A DNA stretch of 64,000 nucleotides from a bacterium. GTDB taxonomy: Bacteria; UBA8248. The stretch's first letter is position 1, and the number at the start of each line of letters is the position of its first letter. The stretch spans positions 1,600,001 to 1,664,000 of the forward strand of contig CBDCRP010000003.1 in NCBI GenBank assembly GCA_965221165.1. Direction: 5' to 3'. Shown here one piece after another: positions 1 through 10,871 of the stretch. Below the pieces are notes generated by a model. It did no database searches. It had not been told where the DNA came from and saw only the letters and a program-made list of their open reading frames with translations. Both the position numbers and the translations under genes were made by a program.

Positions 1-1
1 C

Positions 2-535
2 GTGGCGGGCGAACCTTCGCGGAAAATCGACAAGGTGCCGCTCGAGTGGTGCTACGGCGACGGCGTGGTGCTCGACCTGAGGCACAAGAAAACGGGCGAC
101 TGGATTAGCGAGGAGGACATCAGGGAGTGCCTCGCCAAGATCGGCTACGAGGTAAAGGCGGGCGACATCGTACTCCTGTGGACGGGCACCGATGCGCACC
201 GCGACAGCCCGGATTATCCTGAACTCCACCCGGGCATGAGCATTCCGGCGACGGAGTATCTTCTGGATCGCGGCGTGCGCGTCATCGGCATCGACGCCTT
301 CGGCTTCGACAGGCCCTTCAGCTTCCAGGTGCCGGAATTCAAGGCGGGCAAGCGCGAATCGCTCATGCCGTGTCACCACATCCTCGGCAGGCGGCGCGAG
401 TATTTCCAGATCGAGCAGATCACCAACATCGGCGCGATCCCGAAGCCGCACGGCTTCAAGATCTGCTGTTTCCCGATCAACGTGAAGGACGCGAGCGGCG
501 CGTGGGTGCGCCCGGTCGCGATAGTGGAGGACTAG
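2..535 (+). CDS. Cyclase / kynurenine formamidase-like metal-dependent hydrolase (5' truncated by window edge)
   Basis: GDIVLLWTG, HPG, IGIDAFGFD, IEQITN and DASGAWVRPVA motifs. Confidence 0.85.
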   Translation: MAGEPSRKIDKVPLEWCYGDGVVLDLRHKKTGDWISEEDIRECLAKIGYEVKAGDIVLLWTGTDAHRDSPDYPELHPGMSIPATEYLLDRGVRVIGIDAFGFDRPFSFQVPEFKAGKRESLMPCHHILGRRREYFQIEQITNIGAIPKPHGFKICCFPINVKDASGAWVRPVAIVED

Positions 536-582
536 AAAGAGGATATTTTCCTGACTCATATTTCCCAAGGAGGAGAACTCGC

Positions 583-702
583 ATGAAAAAGTTTCGACTC
601 GTAATCGCCGTCGCGGCCCTGTCCACCATGGGCGATGAAATGTTCGTCGAACTCACGCAGAGAATCAGAAACCTCCTCTACGTGGAAGGTTCCCTGGATT
701 AG
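583..702 (+). other. 39-aa small ORF or deleted-gene remnant with signal-peptide-like start (MKKFRLVIAVAAL)
   Basis: Strong RBS aaggaggag upstream of ATG; ends at TAG. Confidence 0.35.
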
Positions 703-739
703 GGAAGAGGCCGCAGGCGCATCCTGGGGAGTGCAAGGA

Positions 740-1534
740 ATGGAAAAGCTGATGATCGTAAACTGCGCGGCGGACACCTCGATGCACGAGGGCGTGCCGC
801 AGCGTTTCGCGGATTCAGAAGTCCTCGCCGATTCGGTCGAAAAGGCTTATGAGGCGGGCGCGTCCATCGCCCACATCCATGCGCCGCCCACGAACTACGA
901 GGCCTGGGCCTCACATTCCAAGGCTATCCGGGATAGGTGCGGCGTCATGCTCCAGTACGGCATCTCGACCCAGACGGTCGCGCAGCGAAAAGAGGTGGTG
1001 AAGAACCATCCCGAGATGATGTCCGTCGCCGTGGGCGCGCACAACATGGCCTTCATCGCGCGCGACGTGATGATGCTCCACCCCCGCGAGGAACTCGCCG
1101 AGATGATGCGGCTGTGTAAGGATTACAACGTCAAACCCGAATTCGAGGTCTTCGCACTTGGCGAGACCTGGATGATCGACGATTTGCTCCAGAAGGGGCT
1201 GCTGGAGCCGCCCGTTCTGATGACGTGCTTCTTCGGGCGTCCGGGCGGGGCGTGGTCGCCGCCTTCTCTGAGCGAGTTCTTACACCGCGTGGCGAACCTG
1301 CCTGCGGATTCGATCTACATCGCAAGCGCCACCGGCCCCACGCACATCCACATGCAGACGATGGCGGTGATGGCGGGCGGCCACGCCCGCGTGGGTACGG
1401 AGGATGAGCCCTATCTCCACCCCGGCGAACTCGGGGATAACGCCGATCACGTCGCGCGCATCGCGAGAATCGCGGGCGAGATGGGCCGCGAAATCGCAAG
1501 CGTGGACGAGGCGAAAGAAATGATAGGAATTTGA
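740..1534 (+). CDS. 3-keto-5-aminohexanoate cleavage enzyme family (BKACE, DUF849)
   Basis: AGASIAHIH, KPEFEVF and GGHARVGTED motifs. Confidence 0.85.
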   Translation: MEKLMIVNCAADTSMHEGVPQRFADSEVLADSVEKAYEAGASIAHIHAPPTNYEAWASHSKAIRDRCGVMLQYGISTQTVAQRKEVVKNHPEMMSVAVGAHNMAFIARDVMMLHPREELAEMMRLCKDYNVKPEFEVFALGETWMIDDLLQKGLLEPPVLMTCFFGRPGGAWSPPSLSEFLHRVANLPADSIYIASATGPTHIHMQTMAVMAGGHARVGTEDEPYLHPGELGDNADHVARIARIAGEMGREIASVDEAKEMIGI

Positions 1535-1571
1535 CGGTTTCTATACCCAATATTTCGAGGATTATTAAAAC

Positions 1572-3257
1572 ATGCCCAAGATGAGCGGGGCGCAGTTCAT
1601 GGCTGACGCCCTCCACGCCTACGGCGTCACCCACATTTTCTTCGTGCCGACGATATTGAGCCACTCCTTAGCCCAGATGGATGAGCGCGGGACGGGCATC
1701 GCCCGCGTCCTCACGCACGGGGAGAAGGCCGCGGCCTACATGGCGGACGGCTACGCGCGCGCCTCGGGCCGCCCCGGCGTCTGCATGGCGCAAATCGTCG
1801 GCGGCGTGAACCTGGCGGCCGGCCTTCGCGACGCCCACCTCGCCTGCGCGCCCATCATCGCCTTCACGGGCGGCACCACGCCGCAAATCCGCTACCGGAA
1901 CGCCTACCAGGAAACAGAGGACATCAGCGCGTTCGATCCGGTGACGAAGTTCAACGCCACGGTGGATGACGTCGAGCGGTTTCCCGATCTGCTCAGACAA
2001 GCCTTCCGCGTCGCCACCTCGGGCACGCCCGGGCCCGTGCACCTGCGCTTCAGCGGGAATTTGGGGCAGGTGGAACAGGAAGTCGCCGATCTGGAACTCA
2101 TCGTCGAGGAGAATTTCAGGCAAGTCCCCGCCTTCAGGCCCGAGCCGGAGCCGGCGAGCATCACCCATGCGCTGGAAGTAATCGGGGGGGCGAAGCGGCC
2201 CGTCATCGTCGCGGGGGGCGGCGTGCGGACCTCCGGCGCAAACGCGGAGTTGGTGGCGCTTGCCGAAAAACTGCAAATTCCCGTCGCCACCTCGATGAAC
2301 GGCAAGGAGTCGATTCCGGGCGATCATCCCCTCTCGGTCGGCGTGGTGGGTTCTTATTCGAGGCGAAGCGCAAACGAACTCGTATCGGAAGCCGACCTCG
2401 TCTTTTTCATCGGCACCCAGACGGGCGGCATGACCACCCACTTCTGGCGCGTGCCGAAGATAGGAACGCCCGCCGTGCAGCTCGACATCGACCCCGAGGA
2501 ACTCGGGCGTAACTACCCGCTTAAAGCGTCCATCATGGGCGATGCGAAAATCGCGCTCGGAAAACTCACCCTGGCGGCGGAAGAAGTCCCCTCACGCCAG
2601 GAGTGGCTTTCGCGCGTGGAGCAGGTGGGCGCCGCGTGGCGCGCCGAGTTCGCGCCGTTCTTAAATTCAGACGCCTCGCCCATGCGGCCCGAACGCGTCT
2701 GCAAGACGCTGAGCGAACACCTGCCGTCCGACGCCATCGTCCTCGCCGACACCGGGCATTCGGGCATGTGGACGGGCGGTTATCTCGACCTCAAAAGCCC
2801 CGGCATCAGCTTCATGCGCGCAGCGGGCCATCTGGGCTGGGGATTCCCGGCGGCATTGGGGGCCAAGTGCGGCGCGCCCGATCGGCCCGTCATCCTCTTC
2901 ACCGGCGACGCGGGTTTCTGGTATCACATCGGGGAAATCGAGACCGCCGTGCGCTGGGGGGTCAACGCCGTCATCCTCGTGAACAACAACGGCTCCCAGA
3001 ACCAGGAGACCAAGATTTTCGACGACGCCTACGGCGGGGAGCAGCGCGGAAAGGCGTTTGAGCTCTGGCATTTCAACCGCACGAACTTTTACGAGATCGC
3101 AAGGTCGATGGGCGCCGAGAGCATTCGCGTGGAAAAACCGGGCGAACTGGGGAGCGCGCTCGATCAGGCCTTCGGCATGAAGGAAGGCCCCGTGATTTTG
3201 GACGTCGTCACGGACATCGAGGCCCTGGCGCCGGGCGCTTACGGGCCGCCTGATTAG
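1572..3257 (+). CDS. Thiamine pyrophosphate-dependent enzyme (acetolactate synthase large subunit-like)
   Basis: HGEKAAAYMADGYAR and GDAG...NN ThDP-binding motif. Confidence 0.9.
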   Translation: MPKMSGAQFMADALHAYGVTHIFFVPTILSHSLAQMDERGTGIARVLTHGEKAAAYMADGYARASGRPGVCMAQIVGGVNLAAGLRDAHLACAPIIAFTGGTTPQIRYRNAYQETEDISAFDPVTKFNATVDDVERFPDLLRQAFRVATSGTPGPVHLRFSGNLGQVEQEVADLELIVEENFRQVPAFRPEPEPASITHALEVIGGAKRPVIVAGGGVRTSGANAELVALAEKLQIPVATSMNGKESIPGDHPLSVGVVGSYSRRSANELVSEADLVFFIGTQTGGMTTHFWRVPKIGTPAVQLDIDPEELGRNYPLKASIMGDAKIALGKLTLAAEEVPSRQEWLSRVEQVGAAWRAEFAPFLNSDASPMRPERVCKTLSEHLPSDAIVLADTGHSGMWTGGYLDLKSPGISFMRAAGHLGWGFPAALGAKCGAPDRPVILFTGDAGFWYHIGEIETAVRWGVNAVILVNNNGSQNQETKIFDDAYGGEQRGKAFELWHFNRTNFYEIARSMGAESIRVEKPGELGSALDQAFGMKEGPVILDVVTDIEALAPGAYGPPD

Positions 3258-3317
3258 GGGGGTGGAAAGCTGAGTACGGGCTGAGCGGGAGAATTCTGAG
3301 TTGAAGCGAAAGAGAGT

Positions 3318-3734
3318 TCATTGGCAATCCGTTGCAGTGAGAAAAGCGATCAAACACTGAGCCAAGGCATCCTCATCGGCAAGCTCGCATTCCCATAGGG
3401 TAAGCCCTGTCCAGCCAGCCGCAGCTAGCTTGGCGAGTTGGTTAGAATGACGTTCGACGTTGCGCATTATCTTCGATTTCCAGTATTCCGCGTTGGTTTT
3501 CGGTAAACGATTCCCACGCTTGCACGAATGCCCATGCCAAAAACACCCATTCACGAAGATGACCTTTCGACGTGAAGCAAACACTATATCCGGCTTGCCC
3601 GGCAAGTCCTTCCTGTGCAATCGGTAACGATAGCCCATTCGATGCAAGAGCCGCCGCACCATCATCTCGGGTTTGGTATCGCGGTCCTTGACCGCCCGCA
3701 TAGTCCGGCTGCGTTGCTCAGAAGGCATTGTCAT
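3318..3734 (-). CDS. vsr: Very short patch repair endonuclease Vsr
   Basis: DTKPE, LPGKPDIV, FVNGCFWHGH and WEC motifs; ATGA overlap with upstream gene. Confidence 0.92.
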   Translation of the reverse strand: MTMPSEQRSRTMRAVKDRDTKPEMMVRRLLHRMGYRYRLHRKDLPGKPDIVFASRRKVIFVNGCFWHGHSCKRGNRLPKTNAEYWKSKIMRNVERHSNQLAKLAAAGWTGLTLWECELADEDALAQCLIAFLTATDCQ

Positions 3735-4588
3735 GACCGACGAATAGCCGTCGGATTGGATGCTTGTTGTACTTCGCCGTTGCGGTCGATGCATGTCGTT
3801 CGAACGGTATCAGCGCCTCGATGGGCCACGCTGAAACTAACATAGTTGATTTCTTCGGGCTTGCAATGGAAGCAGTCGTTAAAGGCCTGAAGTATCTCAA
3901 CATCAGAAAGCGCTTGTGGCCGGGGCGTGGGGTTGTTGCGAGGACTTGGAATCGTTGCTGGCAAGACGTAAAGGCAAGGTGGAGGCAAAGAAAACGGTCC
4001 TACAACTGTTTTACGAGAAGAGTCGGCCAACAACTTGGGACACGGCCTCCCCATGGAGCCGCATATCATGTCCCATATAACAATCCCGTCGACACGTTGT
4101 TCGCGCGATATAATCTCGGCACTCAGGCGCGTATGAATGCCGGACCATGCGTTACGGCGCGGATCAGCACCCACATTCGTGCAAATGCTCCAGATCATAA
4201 ACTCATCTGCATGCGCAGGCCGTTCGAAAATATTAGTATTGTTTCCGTCGAGGCAACCTTTCAACTCGATGACGGCTGTTCGTCCTGACTTGAGGTTTAC
4301 GGTGTAGTCATGACGGTTACCTTGGCCCACATACTTCGATTCACCAATGAAACCCCCATTCTTCATATGGTTGAGAACATGCTTAACGAACTTCTTCTTG
4401 TCATTCATTGTAGCGGAGAACTGACCACGAATACGCTCAATCGCACCTCGGAAAAGGCCACTGCTGTAAAATTCCGTTTTGTTAAAACCGTGAGCGCCAA
4501 GCGTATGAGCCTCGGTTTTCAGAACTTCCGCAAATGCCTCAATTTTTTCTTGAAGATCTTTGTTCCGTTCACATGGAATGACAGTCAT
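3731..4588 (-). CDS. Putative type II restriction endonuclease (PD-(D/E)xK-like)
   Basis: Lies between C5 MTase and vsr with 4-bp overlaps; HDYTV...IELKG resembles the catalytic motif. Confidence 0.6.
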   Translation of the reverse strand: MTVIPCERNKDLQEKIEAFAEVLKTEAHTLGAHGFNKTEFYSSGLFRGAIERIRGQFSATMNDKKKFVKHVLNHMKNGGFIGESKYVGQGNRHDYTVNLKSGRTAVIELKGCLDGNNTNIFERPAHADEFMIWSICTNVGADPRRNAWSGIHTRLSAEIISREQRVDGIVIWDMICGSMGRPCPKLLADSSRKTVVGPFSLPPPCLYVLPATIPSPRNNPTPRPQALSDVEILQAFNDCFHCKPEEINYVSFSVAHRGADTVRTTCIDRNGEVQQASNPTAIRRS

Positions 4589-5739
4589 GCGGCTTCTTGC
4601 GCCTTCGCCATATGCAGCAGCATCGGCTCTATAACCTCGTTCGCCAAGAAGCGGACAACAGGCACGACAACTCCATCACCCGTCAGGTGGTAGGCCTCAT
4701 TGTAGTTGTCGGGTAGGATGTAATCATCTGAAAGCCCCATGAGCCTTGCGGTTTCGCGGCTGGATATAAGGCGTGATCGCACTCTATCGCCTTTAACGAC
4801 TATAACTAGTTGCCTACTGGAACCACCCGCCGGAGTTCGCAGGCAACCGGCAATATCGTCGAAGCGTACTTCAGCACGCTGCACCTTACGGCCAGTTTCG
4901 TCTCGTCTCGTACGCTTGTAGATTGTGCCGACTATTCGCCGTCCTTCCCGTTTCGCCAAGTTGACCTTCTTGAGATTTACGTCGCTCATCATGTCAAGGA
5001 GCCTTTGCGTTTCATCAGGCGTGTGCCATGAAACGTCTTCGGGATTCTCTTCGACAAGGTCGGAAAATCCGATGTTGCGAGTCGGCGGAGTGGTGAGCCT
5101 CCACCATATCCAGCTTTCTTTCAAGTTCATCGGCAATTTGCCAAAAGCAGTCCTAAGCGTACGCGGATGAAATGTGTCATTCGGATACTCTTGAGCAAGC
5201 GTGTCGGGAACAACAATATCGTCTCTAACCGCAATGATCAGAAGTCGGGGTCGTGAATGAGGGAGGAACAACGCGGCATCAATGATCAAAGCACCAAATC
5301 TATAGTTGCCATCGCTAAGCGCATTGCAGATTGCCTGAAAATCTTTACCACTGTGGGAGGTTAGAGTTCCGCGAACATTTTCCAAAACGATCATGCCAGG
5401 CGCTCGTGACTCGTGTACAAGTTCCATCATCAGACGCCAGAAGGGCCAAAAAGTGCCCGAACGCTCGCCTTTCAAACCAGCACCAACTCCGGCAAGAGAC
5501 AAATCCTGACAGGGGAAAGATGCCCAAACGAGATCAGTAGAGTCAACGAGATCGTTTGTAGTTACGTTCCGTATATCGTCGCACAGGAGATGGTCTGCGC
5601 CCCAGTTGAGGCTATAAGTCGCGGCTTTCTTCTGGTCAAAGTCGTTCGCAAACAAACATTGCCACCGGTCACCTAACCCGGCGCGCGCCATACCGGCACC
5701 CGAGAAAAACTCATAGAAACTGCCGAGCATGCAGTCCAC
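4585..5739 (-). CDS. DNA (cytosine-5)-methyltransferase
   Basis: FFSGAG (motif I), FPCQ (IV), ENV (VI), RPR (VIII), RETARLMG (IX), GDGV (X). Confidence 0.93.
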   Translation of the reverse strand: MDCMLGSFYEFFSGAGMARAGLGDRWQCLFANDFDQKKAATYSLNWGADHLLCDDIRNVTTNDLVDSTDLVWASFPCQDLSLAGVGAGLKGERSGTFWPFWRLMMELVHESRAPGMIVLENVRGTLTSHSGKDFQAICNALSDGNYRFGALIIDAALFLPHSRPRLLIIAVRDDIVVPDTLAQEYPNDTFHPRTLRTAFGKLPMNLKESWIWWRLTTPPTRNIGFSDLVEENPEDVSWHTPDETQRLLDMMSDVNLKKVNLAKREGRRIVGTIYKRTRRDETGRKVQRAEVRFDDIAGCLRTPAGGSSRQLVIVVKGDRVRSRLISSRETARLMGLSDDYILPDNYNEAYHLTGDGVVVPVVRFLANEVIEPMLLHMAKAQEAA

Positions 5740-6012
5740 CTAAGTTTACGGGCGATGGTCAATGCTTAGGAAAAACTGAAGATCGCGCTTTTAATTCCCT
5801 TCCAAGAGTAACATGATTCACCCTTATAATGGGAAACAAACGCGATAGCCAAGTCCGCTAGTCATGCAAAGCTACGAGACGCCCTTACCCGTCTGCTCCG
5901 AAGCCTCGTGAACCATCGGACATATGCATAAGGTTTAGCGCAACCCTTAACATCATTTAATTTTAGTTCTATCTTAAAAGATACACAAAGACAAGCACCT
6001 GAAATCCCCCCC

Positions 6013-6801
6013 CTAATGCGAGAGTATCTGGCTCAGGAAGAGTTTCGTGCGGTCCGACTGGGGGTGGTAGAAGAATTTCTCGGGTTCGTTCTGCTCGACG
6101 ATCTGTCCCTCGTCCATGAAGATGACCCGGTGGGCGACCTGGCGCGCAAAACCCATCTCGTGGGTCACGACCAGCATCGTCATCTCGGTTTCGGCGAGTT
6201 CGACCATCACGTCGAGCACTTCCTTTATCATCTCGGGGTCGAGTGCTGAGGTCGGCTCGTCGAACAGCATAATCTTGGGCCGCATGCACAGTGAGCGCGC
6301 AATGGCCACGCGCTGCTGCTGGCCGCCCGATAGCTGGCCGGGGTATTTCAGGGCCTGCTCGGGAATCTTGACGCGGGTGAGGTATTCCATCGCGATTTCT
6401 TCGGCCTCCGCCCGGGGCGTCTTGCGCACCCAGATGGGGGCGAGTGCGCAGTTCTCGAGCACGGTGAGATGCGGGAAGAGGTTGAACTGCTGGAACAGCA
6501 TGCCGACTTCACGGCGCACGTTGTCGATTTGCTTCAGGTCGCCGGTCAACTCGATGCCCTCCACCACGATGGAGCCTTTCTGGTGTTCTTCCAGGCGGTT
6601 GATGCAGCGGATGAGCGTGGATTTGCCCGAACCCGAAGGCCCGCAGATGACGATGCGCTCCCCCCGGTAGACGGTGAGGTCGATGTCGCGCAGAACGTGG
6701 AACTGGCCGAACCACTTGTTCATGCCCTCGATGCGGATAATCGGCTCGTTCGAGAGGGTTTCCGTATCTACGGCCCCGGCTTCGCCCGCGTTTTCACTCA
6801 T
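6013..6801 (-). CDS. aapP: General L-amino acid ABC transporter ATP-binding protein
   Basis: GPSGSGKS Walker [18 protein letters not shown]; operon context. Confidence 0.9.
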   Translation of the reverse strand: MSENAGEAGAVDTETLSNEPIIRIEGMNKWFGQFHVLRDIDLTVYRGERIVICGPSGSGKSTLIRCINRLEEHQKGSIVVEGIELTGDLKQIDNVRREVGMLFQQFNLFPHLTVLENCALAPIWVRKTPRAEAEEIAMEYLTRVKIPEQALKYPGQLSGGQQQRVAIARSLCMRPKIMLFDEPTSALDPEMIKEVLDVMVELAETEMTMLVVTHEMGFARQVAHRVIFMDEGQIVEQNEPEKFFYHPQSDRTKLFLSQILSH

Positions 6802-6818
6802 GGATCGGTTCCTCCCGC

Positions 6819-7949
6819 TTAATTTTGGTGGCCCGTGTCGAGCTTGCGCTCGAGCCACAGGCTGTAGCGCGACATGCTGAAGCAGAATATGAAATAGATG
6901 AGAGCCGCGAAGATGTAGGATTCATGCTCCAGGCCCAGCCATTTGGGGTCCGTCACCGAGGAGCGGGCCACCAGCAGCAAGTCGAACAGCCCGATGATCG
7001 AGACCAGGGCGGTATCCTTGAACAGGGCGATGAAGGTGTTGACGATGCCCGGAATCACTATCTTGAGCGCCTGGGGCAGGATGATGAGCTGCATCGACTT
7101 CCTGTAGTTCAGCCCCAGCGCCTGGGCCGCTTCGGTCTGCCCCTTCGGCAGGGCCTGCAAGCCGCCGCGCACGACCTCGGCCATATAGGCGGATGCGAAC
7201 ATGATGAACCCGATCAGGGCGCGCAGCAGTTCGTTGGCGTTCACCCCCTCGGGCGTGAACAGCGGCAGCATGAAAGAGGCCATGAAGAGCACCGTGATGA
7301 GCGGCACCGAGCGCCAGAGCTCGATGAAGGCGATGCAGATCGTGCGGATGACGGGCATCTCCGAGCGCCGCCCGAGCGCGAGCATAATCCCGATCGGCAG
7401 GGAGAAGAGGATGGCGACCGAGGCGAACACGAGGGTGAGCGTCAGGCCGCCCCACTTGTGCGTCGGTACGGCGGCGAGGCCGAAAGCGCCGTGGAGCAGA
7501 ATATAGGCGACGATGGGAAAACCGCATACCAGGAAAAGCGCTGCGAAGGTGCGGCCCGGCACCCTGTCCGATAGCACCGGCAAGAGATTGATACAGAACA
7601 GGATGAAGGTGAGGTTCACCCGCCAGCGCTCGGGCTCGGGATAGAAGCCGTAGATGAACTGCCCGAATCGTTTCGGTATCAGAACCCAGCAGGCGCCCTC
7701 GATGCCCCGGCAATCCTTATTCGACTCCCCTTCCCAGAGCGAATTGACGAAGGCCCACTCGAACAGCGGCGGCACGACCAGATAGAGGAAATAAATCGTC
7801 AGCAGCGTGAGCGCCGTATTGAGCGGCGAGGAGAACAGGTTCGCCCGCATCCAGCCGACTATTCCTACGGTCGAGACGGGAGGCGCCGCCTGCGGGATAT
7901 TTTCCGTGCGGAAGAAGCTCCTGTCCGGATTGTTCGCGATATCGCTCAT
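6819..7949 (-). CDS. aapM: General L-amino acid ABC transporter permease
   Basis: [17 protein letters not shown] and EAA loop. Confidence 0.88.
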   Translation of the reverse strand: MSDIANNPDRSFFRTENIPQAAPPVSTVGIVGWMRANLFSSPLNTALTLLTIYFLYLVVPPLFEWAFVNSLWEGESNKDCRGIEGACWVLIPKRFGQFIYGFYPEPERWRVNLTFILFCINLLPVLSDRVPGRTFAALFLVCGFPIVAYILLHGAFGLAAVPTHKWGGLTLTLVFASVAILFSLPIGIMLALGRRSEMPVIRTICIAFIELWRSVPLITVLFMASFMLPLFTPEGVNANELLRALIGFIMFASAYMAEVVRGGLQALPKGQTEAAQALGLNYRKSMQLIILPQALKIVIPGIVNTFIALFKDTALVSIIGLFDLLLVARSSVTDPKWLGLEHESYIFAALIYFIFCFSMSRYSLWLERKLDTGHQN

Positions 7950-7953
7950 GGCC

Positions 7954-9153
7954 TCATCTCTCCACCAGCGATATGCGCCGGTTGTACCAGTTCATGTAGA
8001 GCGAGATCAGCAAACTGAAGGTGAGATACACCACCACGCACATGGCGATGATCTCGATGGCTTGGCCGGTCTGGTTCAGCGAGATGCCGCCGAAGACGTT
8101 GAACAGATCGGGATAGCCGATGGCGATGCCGAGCGAGGAGTTTTTCATCAGGTTCAGGTACTGGCTCACCAGCGGCGGCACGATGACCCGGAGCGCCTGG
8201 GGAATGATGACGAGCCTGAGCGTCGGCCCCGGCCGGACCCCCAGCGAATAGGCGGCTTCCTGCTGGCCGCGCGAGACGGCGAGAATGCCGGCGCGGACGA
8301 TTTCGGCGATGAACGAAGACGTGTAGACCGTGAGCGCGGCCAGCGAAGCGAACAGCTCTATCTGGAGTTCGAGGCCGCCCGTGAAGTCGAACCGGCCCAG
8401 TTCTGCGTATTCCCAGGTCAGCGGAAAACCCGCTGCGGCCGAGGCGAGCAGCGGCGCGCCGGTGAGGACGCCGAGCGACGCCCAGAACACGGGGAACTGC
8501 TCCCCGGTCGCGTCCTGGCGCCTGCGCGCCCATTTTTTGAGATAGACGACCGCCGCGATAGCGAGGAAAACCGATATCACGACCACCGAGAAGCCCGGCT
8601 GAGGGATCGGCTTCGGGATCGTGAGGCCTCGGTTGTGGATATAAATCGTATCGAACAGCGGTATCGCCCGGCGCACCAGGGGGAGCGTCTGAAAGACGGC
8701 GAAGTGCCAGAACAGAAATTGCAGCAGCAGCGGCACGTTACGCACGCTCTCGATATAGACCCCCACCAGACGCGAGACCAGCCAGTTTTTCGAGAGCCTG
8801 AGCACGCCGAGGATGAAACCCAGAATCGTCGCCAGCACGATCCCCAAGACCGAGATGAGGAGCGTGTTGAGCAGGCCGACGATGAATACCGCGCCGTGGG
8901 TCGAGCCCGCCTCGACGGAGTAGGGGATGAGCGTGAGCGGAATCTCGAAGCCTGCCGGGTTATTGAGGAAATCGAACCCCGCCTTGATGTTTCGTTTCTC
9001 GAGATTGATGATCGTGTTGTGGATCAGGTAGACGCCAAGGCCGATGAGGGCCAGCACGAAGGCGACCTGGAACGCGATCGCCCGGAATTTGGGGTCATAC
9101 CACCAGCGGGCGGCGCTTGGCCTGCCGCCGCCGTCTTGAGAGTCTACCGCCAT
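7954..9153 (-). CDS. aapQ: General L-amino acid ABC transporter permease
   Basis: GFDFL, VGLLNTL, RNVPLLLQ, KNSSL and EAA loop. Confidence 0.88.
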   Translation of the reverse strand: MAVDSQDGGGRPSAARWWYDPKFRAIAFQVAFVLALIGLGVYLIHNTIINLEKRNIKAGFDFLNNPAGFEIPLTLIPYSVEAGSTHGAVFIVGLLNTLLISVLGIVLATILGFILGVLRLSKNWLVSRLVGVYIESVRNVPLLLQFLFWHFAVFQTLPLVRRAIPLFDTIYIHNRGLTIPKPIPQPGFSVVVISVFLAIAAVVYLKKWARRRQDATGEQFPVFWASLGVLTGAPLLASAAAGFPLTWEYAELGRFDFTGGLELQIELFASLAALTVYTSSFIAEIVRAGILAVSRGQQEAAYSLGVRPGPTLRLVIIPQALRVIVPPLVSQYLNLMKNSSLGIAIGYPDLFNVFGGISLNQTGQAIEIIAMCVVVYLTFSLLISLYMNWYNRRISLVER

Positions 9154-9272
9154 TTCGAGCCCCCGGAGTGCGAAGTCGCCGGCGCGGTATCTTTGCTTCG
9201 AGAACGCGCCGCCCGGCCCCGGGGAAATCCCCGAGGCCGAAGCGGGTTCATGTTACCGGTTCAAAAAGCAGA

Positions 9273-10298
9273 CTAGCGGAACGGAGGCGAGTAGAGAATG
9301 CCGCCGTTCGTCCACAGGTTGTTGTAGCCGCGCGCGAGGCCGATGGCCGTCTTGGGGCCGATGTGGCGCTCGTAGATCTCGGAGTAGTTGCCCACGCCCT
9401 TGATGACGTTGTAGGCCCAGTCCTTCGAGAGGCCGAGCATGCTGCCCAAGTCGCCTTCCTGACCGAGAAAGCGCTTGACCTCGGGGTTGTTCGATTTCTT
9501 CATGGCGTCGACGTTCTTGGAAGTGATGCCGAGTTCCTCGGCGACGATGAGCGCGTTGCGCACCCAGCGGGCGATGTCGCCCCATACGTTGTCGCCGTGG
9601 CGCACGACGGGGCCGAGAGGCTCCTTCGAGATGATTTCGGGCAGGACCACGTGCGCGTCCGGGTTCTTGAGCACGGAGCGCTGGGCCGCGAGGCCGGAGC
9701 GGTCCGTCGTGTAGGCGTCGCAGCGGTTGGCGGCGTAGTTCTGGCGCGCCTCGGCCGCGTCCTCGACGACGACCGATTTGAACTTCATCTTGTTGCTGCG
9801 GAAATAGTCGGCCAGATTGAGTTCGGTCGTGGTGCCCGTCTGGATGCAGACCGAAGCGCCGGCGAGTTCCCTGGCGCTCTTGACGCCGAGGGACTTGCGG
9901 GTGATGAAGCCCTGGCCGTCGTAATACATCACGCCCACGAACTCGAAGCCCAGGTTCACGTCGCGCTTGAAGGTCCACGTCGTGTTGCGCGAGAGGACGT
10001 CGATCTCACCGGATTGAAGCGCCGGGAAGCGCGTCTTGCCGGTCAGCGGCTTGTAGGTCACCTTGTCGGGATTGCCGAAAACAGCGGCGCTGATACCGCG
10101 GCAGTAATCGACGTCGAAACCCCTCCAGACGCCCTTGTCGTCGGGTGCGGAGAAACCAGTGAGGCCGGTGTTGACGCCGCAAATGAGCTGGCCGCGCTTT
10201 TTCACCGTCTCCAGCGTCGGGCTGGCGGCGAACGCGGCGCTTGCGATTACCGCCACGACGGCGAACGCGCAAAGTGCGGAAAGTAAATGCTTTTTCAT
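9273..10298 (-). CDS. aapJ: General L-amino acid ABC transporter substrate-binding protein
   Basis: Signal peptide; GFDVDYCR, RNTTWT, YYDGQG, ISKEPLGP. Confidence 0.92.
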   Translation of the reverse strand: MKKHLLSALCAFAVVAVIASAAFAASPTLETVKKRGQLICGVNTGLTGFSAPDDKGVWRGFDVDYCRGISAAVFGNPDKVTYKPLTGKTRFPALQSGEIDVLSRNTTWTFKRDVNLGFEFVGVMYYDGQGFITRKSLGVKSARELAGASVCIQTGTTTELNLADYFRSNKMKFKSVVVEDAAEARQNYAANRCDAYTTDRSGLAAQRSVLKNPDAHVVLPEIISKEPLGPVVRHGDNVWGDIARWVRNALIVAEELGITSKNVDAMKKSNNPEVKRFLGQEGDLGSMLGLSKDWAYNVIKGVGNYSEIYERHIGPKTAIGLARGYNNLWTNGGILYSPPFR

Positions 10299-10533
10299 TC
10301 TGATTTCCCCCCTCGTGGGCCCTCACGGGCATCAAGAAAATGAAGAAACTTGCCCCCTGACATGTCGCAAATAGGGAGAGGAAAAAATAACATGATGGAG
10401 ATGCTCTGCACAACTATTTTTTTGGAGCTTGTGGCAGAAGGGGTGGTAGGGTTTCTGAAAACAGCGGGGAAGGATGACGGGGAAGCGCACTGGCGGTACT
10501 TGCCTGAGCCCATCAGAAATCTTTACAGGGCGC

Positions 10534-10812
10534 TCAAGCGGGCGCGCGAAGCCGAATACCCAAGGCGCGCATGACCTTGAGAACGGTGGCGAACTCCGGG
10601 TTTCCTTCGGGAGAGAGCGCCTTGTAGAGGCTCTCCCTGCCCAGACCGGCCTCGTCCGCAACCTTCGTCATCCCCTTGGCCCTCGCGGCGTCGCCCAACG
10701 CAGCCGCGATAAGCGCCGGGTCGCCGTCCTCGAAAGCCGCTTCGAGATAGAGAGCGATATCCTCCTTGGTTTCGAGATAATCCGCCGCATCCCACGGCTT
10801 GGTTTGACACAT
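10534..10812 (-). CDS. Putative addiction module antidote protein (HI1420-like HTH), no adjacent toxin
   Basis: WDAADYL, GMTKVA..AGLGRESLYKALS..GNPEF signature. Confidence 0.85.
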   Translation of the reverse strand: MCQTKPWDAADYLETKEDIALYLEAAFEDGDPALIAAALGDAARAKGMTKVADEAGLGRESLYKALSPEGNPEFATVLKVMRALGIRLRAPA

Positions 10813-10871
10813 TCACTTTCTCCTATCGTTTCCGCGCATCAGGACTGCGGGATATTACCACAACTCCTCCC

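Noticed and set aside
7807-10286. Long antisense ORFs (e.g. 7807..9276, 9117..10286, 13062..14597, 26624..27832, 44369..45625)
   Set aside because: Shadow frames of well-supported genes in high-GC DNA, with no recognisable motifs.
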